Shown here one piece after another: positions 48,995 to 53,009 of a DNA stretch of 53,009 nt. Source of the stretch: Phoronis australis (taxonomy: Eukaryota; Animalia; Phoronida). Within the stretch, counting starts at the first letter, position 1. The number at the start of each line of letters is the position of its first letter. Where the stretch lies: assembly GCA_002633005.1 (NCBI GenBank), contig NMRA01000876.1, positions 1 through 53,009 of the forward strand, read 5' to 3'. The notes beneath the pieces are model-generated. The model did no database searches. It saw only the letters and a list, made by a program, of their open reading frames with translations, and was not told the DNA's origin. The translations under genes were made by a program, and so were the position numbers.

Positions 48995-49491
48995 CTGGCG
49001 TTCAAGTGAAATTCTCACCAAACTTGATAGATTCAATCGGCACATGCATGCTGGGAGGTCACTAGATTACTTAACTCAAAGCCTCGTTCGAACTTTTATC
49101 AAGAAAAAATAAACAGTTGAATTAATTTTTGATGAGAACCTCTAGTATACACTACGCCTGTAGAGTTAAGGAGAGCTCACTGTAGTTGTTTAAACATGGT
49201 ACTTGAATTTATGAAGCTTCATAAAACAATTTTAGTTATTTTTCTAAATGGCCACTTTTTGCCACTACACCAGACTTGTCATATTTTGTTACCACACCAC
49301 ATCTTAGAGGTCATGCTACGTTTTAAATTACGTTAAATAATATGAAGTTCATCAGACGATTTGTCTTTATGGTGCACTCAATTACGGCCAATTCCATGCG
49401 TTAATTTTACTTTTGGACACAGCCCTAGACCTACCGAAGCTACCGTAACTGCTTGTAGGATAAGATGAGCATGTGCCTGAGCTACGAAGCT
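48995..49491 (+). repeat. Interspersed repeat (inverted homolog of 10296-10710) ending in a GAGCT-acga-AGCTC hairpin followed by a T run
   Basis: Sequence homology to 10296-10710; the 3' hairpin plus T tract suggests a Helitron/Helentron-type non-autonomous element (inference). Confidence 0.7.
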
Positions 49492-50800
49492 CATTTTTTT
49501 CGCTAGAAGATTGGAAAAGTACATGACTTTGTATAAACAGTGCTATCGACTCGACCTACTTTACTTGGAGAATACAATCAGATGTGACTCACTTTTCATT
49601 TGGCGGAATTTAGCAGACGGCAGAATAAAAATATCGTCGAATCTTCACTCATTTTGTTCGAAATGTCCTGAAATCTATGGCATCGTACAGATAATACGAC
49701 TTTAAGATAAATATCCAGCTTTACGTGAATATATCGGATCAGTGGCCTTGTCAGTTTTCAAGTGAAGGTGAACCCCGCTGGCTCCGAAACACTTTTATTT
49801 CCTCGAACACATATTTTTTCATCGTCGCAGCTTTACAAATTTCCAAGCCAGGAAGGTACGATTCTCATCTGAAAAGTATGGCCTGTTGTCTTTGCCGAAG
49901 TGTTTTCCAAAAGTGCAAAAAACGCTCAATTCCACCAGGAACGTCGTTTAGCGACTGTGTATTTGCCTCTGACATACTGTTTGTTTGTCGGGTATCACGT
50001 CAGACTTTTCGCAAGGAGGCGGAGCTTGCGGTAGGTCAATTGCAGTCCCCACACAGCAGTAATACTTCGTTGACATTGGAAGGACGAATCAGGAAAGTAA
50101 TGCAACCGAGAAAACGTGTTAAGAATCAGACAACAGCAAATAACATTTGAACTCCAATTGCACAAAAACGAGGCAGCAAATGTGCCTGGCGGATATTTAG
50201 GGGATTGTACAACGAGATTCGAGTGTCGCTGTGTAATCCGGAACGGCACCATTTGTCAGTCATTAATTTCTCGTGAAATACCGATTGGTATGGTAACGCC
50301 ATTTGGTGAAAACGTATTTGTTTTAGTAGTAAATGAGCTCTTATGTGTATTTCTACACATATTTTGTTTTCTTAAAGACTAATTTTTAAATGAAACGAAT
50401 TGGTTTAGGCGCAACGAAAGGCATTTAGATATGCACTTTCGTGCGGCGATAACACACGGTGTTAGTTTGTGTGTGAGTTGCTAGACGCGGAGGAGTCTAG
50501 CAATCAAGCGTGTTGGATGATATGCGTTTATATACTAACTTTCTGTTCTTCACCAGTCTCCTTTCTGCTGTGTAATTAACTTGCACAACCGGAACCCACG
50601 CTACTAGCGATCCTAGCGGCGAAAATAAATGTGCAAGGTCCCATTGCGGCAACACGTAACCCTTGCAGTTAAACGCGCAGAAATGGCATGGTTGAGTTTA
50701 AAATTTGTTTGATACGCTCAGTTTAAGTTCGACAAGCTTTGCCACTGAAAATGACCCAACATGGTTGCCTGGAAGCATTGCCTGTTTTGCTAAAACTTAC

Positions 50801-50910
50801 CTGTTGTATAACGTGATGTCTGGTCTCCACAGTGAACTGGATTGAATGGCAGTCGTGTTCATTCCGTAGAAATAGTCTGGGTTCCACTTTAAATGATCAT
50901 CAGTCCATGA
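50801..50910 (-). CDS. nAChR-like subunit exon (loop A); upstream exons not found in the window
   Basis: Acceptor ttcttttag|TCA; SWTDDHLKWNPDYFYGMNTTAIQSSSLWRPDITLYN(S)|gtaagt; this is the 110-nt exon typical of nAChR genes. Confidence 0.95.
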
Positions 50911-53009
50911 CTAAAAGAACAGGACACAATGTTGGCAACATAAAGTGCTAAAGTAGTCGATTCAGTGAAAAGTATGTGATGCTGGTGTATTCCCAAAAAA
51001 CATGGGCGTCAGGTTTCGACAAAATTCGTCATGTCATGTCGCCCCAAAATGCTGGATAACAACGTATTTATCACCGAGTACTAAGGGTGCGCGGAGGTCG
51101 GGTAGATCAGAAAATCCAGATACAAATCCAAGTCTCAAACTTAGGCAAAATTGCGCCACTTGGCCAACAATCAAGGAACAAGGGATTTCTTCTCGAGAAC
51201 CAATCGGCCAACTGGAGAGAGAGGAGGGATGGAGTCTGAGGCTGAGTTGGGCCGCCCCGGCCCCGCAGTGTTCGCCACATCTGAAAATCTAAACAGGTCG
51301 CACGCGTAAAAACTGCAACAAACACCTGGCCACCCAAAAGACGGCCCTTGTAAAAACTCCTGCGCAAGGGTGTTTTTGCTGACTAGTTAGACTTCGCAGA
51401 ACTAACCACTGAGCCTAAATTATTTTCAATGTGTTATGCTATCAGTTGTCCGCCGAACACAAAAAGGTGACTACTATCGTAACTATGAGCGACTTTCGTG
51501 CCCGACTGCGCCTCCATTGAGCAGGTAGTGGATAAGGCTTATAGGTGGCACTGGGCCTTTGTTTAAATTCAAATGACTATGACTAGCTGTCCAAGATGGA
51601 TTGAAAAGTGTGATTGAGCGATTATTTGCAAGCCGCGTTACACCATAAATAGATAGCGGCCCCGCGGTCTGTCGCTTGAGTGAGATCGGTGATTAGGCTT
51701 TCGGCAACTGACCACGTAGCCTTTATTCAGTTTCAAAGGACTATGGCCAGTTGCCGTCAAGCGTAATTTGAACCAGTGAAGACAACAGGACGCTGCAACA
51801 CGTTAAAAGCGGTCGTGGAGATCTCTCCGAGAGAAAGTCGAATGCTCCCGAAAAGCGACTGATGCAGGCGCATCCCATCCGGAACACCTCCAGTGTTTCC
51901 CAAAATGTCTTATGTGTTCCAAATGTCCTCGGAAGAAGTATGCTGAGTATGAAACAGAAATGATCGCGATTACAATCCATCAATCAGCTAACAGCATCGC
52001 TCCCGACCAGGAAATTCCGTTAAACGACGACTAATAGGTACTAAACAAGGCAATTTTGTAGCAGCAAATATGGGTTCCATTTTCGTCAATGAAAGCTGAG
52101 GAACCAAACGTCAATATTTCCTAAGTTAGTAAAACACACGAGTCACTTTTCACGCAGTACAAATATGAATGAAAAGGTAAGCAAAAGAATTAAACACGTG
52201 GTACGTTGATTTACGAAGTTGTACGCGGAATATTGCAAAATGATTTTGAAACTCTACAAAACCGCCAAAGTGTTTTAAAATAGGATTTCGTTTTCACTTG
52301 ATGCAACTTTTCTATAACAATCGTGAAATTCCTAATATGTATTTCTGAAAGTCTCTATTGCAAAAGGGGAACAATTTATAAACAATGTAGGAAACTATCT
52401 GAAAGCTTCACAGATGATAAAACCAGGGCTGAGTTGCATAAAGCTTCAAAAGTTATCCGCTGGATAAGTTTGATTGTTGCATGACGTCACGTGCATTGTT
52501 CAACTATAACAACGTGACGCGTGACAATGCGACGTACATAACGCTAAACCCTCGTGAGAGACCGCCCCGAGTTGGCTGCTGGAGCATCTCGGGGCGGTCT
52601 GGGATCAAGCGGAAAAACCACAGGGTAAATCTGTGGTCGACGAATCTATTCGGTCGATTACATTTTATTGCCCGTGACGCCGCTAAGGTCTGCCTGAAGA
52701 AATATGACTCGCGTGTTTGTATTTTCGCCTTTTTCAATGACATGTAAAAGATTCATCAACAAATTCCTCGTAAAATTCTGAAAACAAGCGTTTTTCTCCC
52801 ACTAAAATCGATGAAGTTTTGGCCGAGATAGTTCACTTTCAGTCCAGGCTAGACCTGCACACTCGGAGAATCGTCACACAAGATTACTACGCGGTAATGC
52901 GGTTTCACTGTCAACAAAGGAAGACGTCAAAATCGACTTATAATTGTCATTTTTAAACTATTTGCATGTTAAATTATCAAAATGTAAGTAAGATCGTACT
53001 CTATATTTT

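Noticed and set aside
46495-51350. agggccgtc / gacggccct as TIRs of an element capturing the loop A exon
   Set aside because: Only 9 bp with no TSD, and the enclosed exon is an in-frame part of the host gene
50912-53009. Upstream nAChR exons (signal peptide, loop D)
   Set aside because: No splice-bounded segment with the expected motifs was found; they probably lie beyond the window

Overview
This is eukaryotic, AT-rich, intron-containing genomic DNA, most likely from a marine invertebrate; a lophotrochozoan is my inference, not a certainty. It is a draft assembly with single Ns at 542, 10887 and 26605 and a 143-N gap at 21392-21534. Three host receptor genes are visible. (1) A single-exon LRR-Ig-transmembrane protein (- strand, 6421-9189). 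(2) A single-exon FMRFamide-receptor-like class A GPCR (+, 26933-27994), preceded by a partial 846-bp duplicate that is probably an assembly artefact. (3) A multi-exon nicotinic acetylcholine receptor-like Cys-loop subunit (- strand), for which I reconstructed 7 exons by hand between 50910 and 32973; its 5' exons were not found. It keeps the principal-face aromatics and the GEK cation filter but lacks the loop C vicinal cysteines. Most of the remaining sequence is layered transposon debris. This includes a LINE 3' end split by a TTAA element, three ~1.7-1.9 kb non-autonomous Kolobok-type elements carrying convergent THAP and KolX/P2X7-ballast-like remnants, a 6.5-kb element with perfect 29-bp TIRs and a 7-bp TSD carrying unidentified decayed ORFs, several MITEs with 5-, 7- and 8-bp TSDs, tRNA-derived repeats and microsatellites. 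No prokaryotic features or CRISPR array were found, and I cannot claim a demonstrably new biological system. The best candidates for follow-up are the atypical receptor subunit and the transposon cargo.
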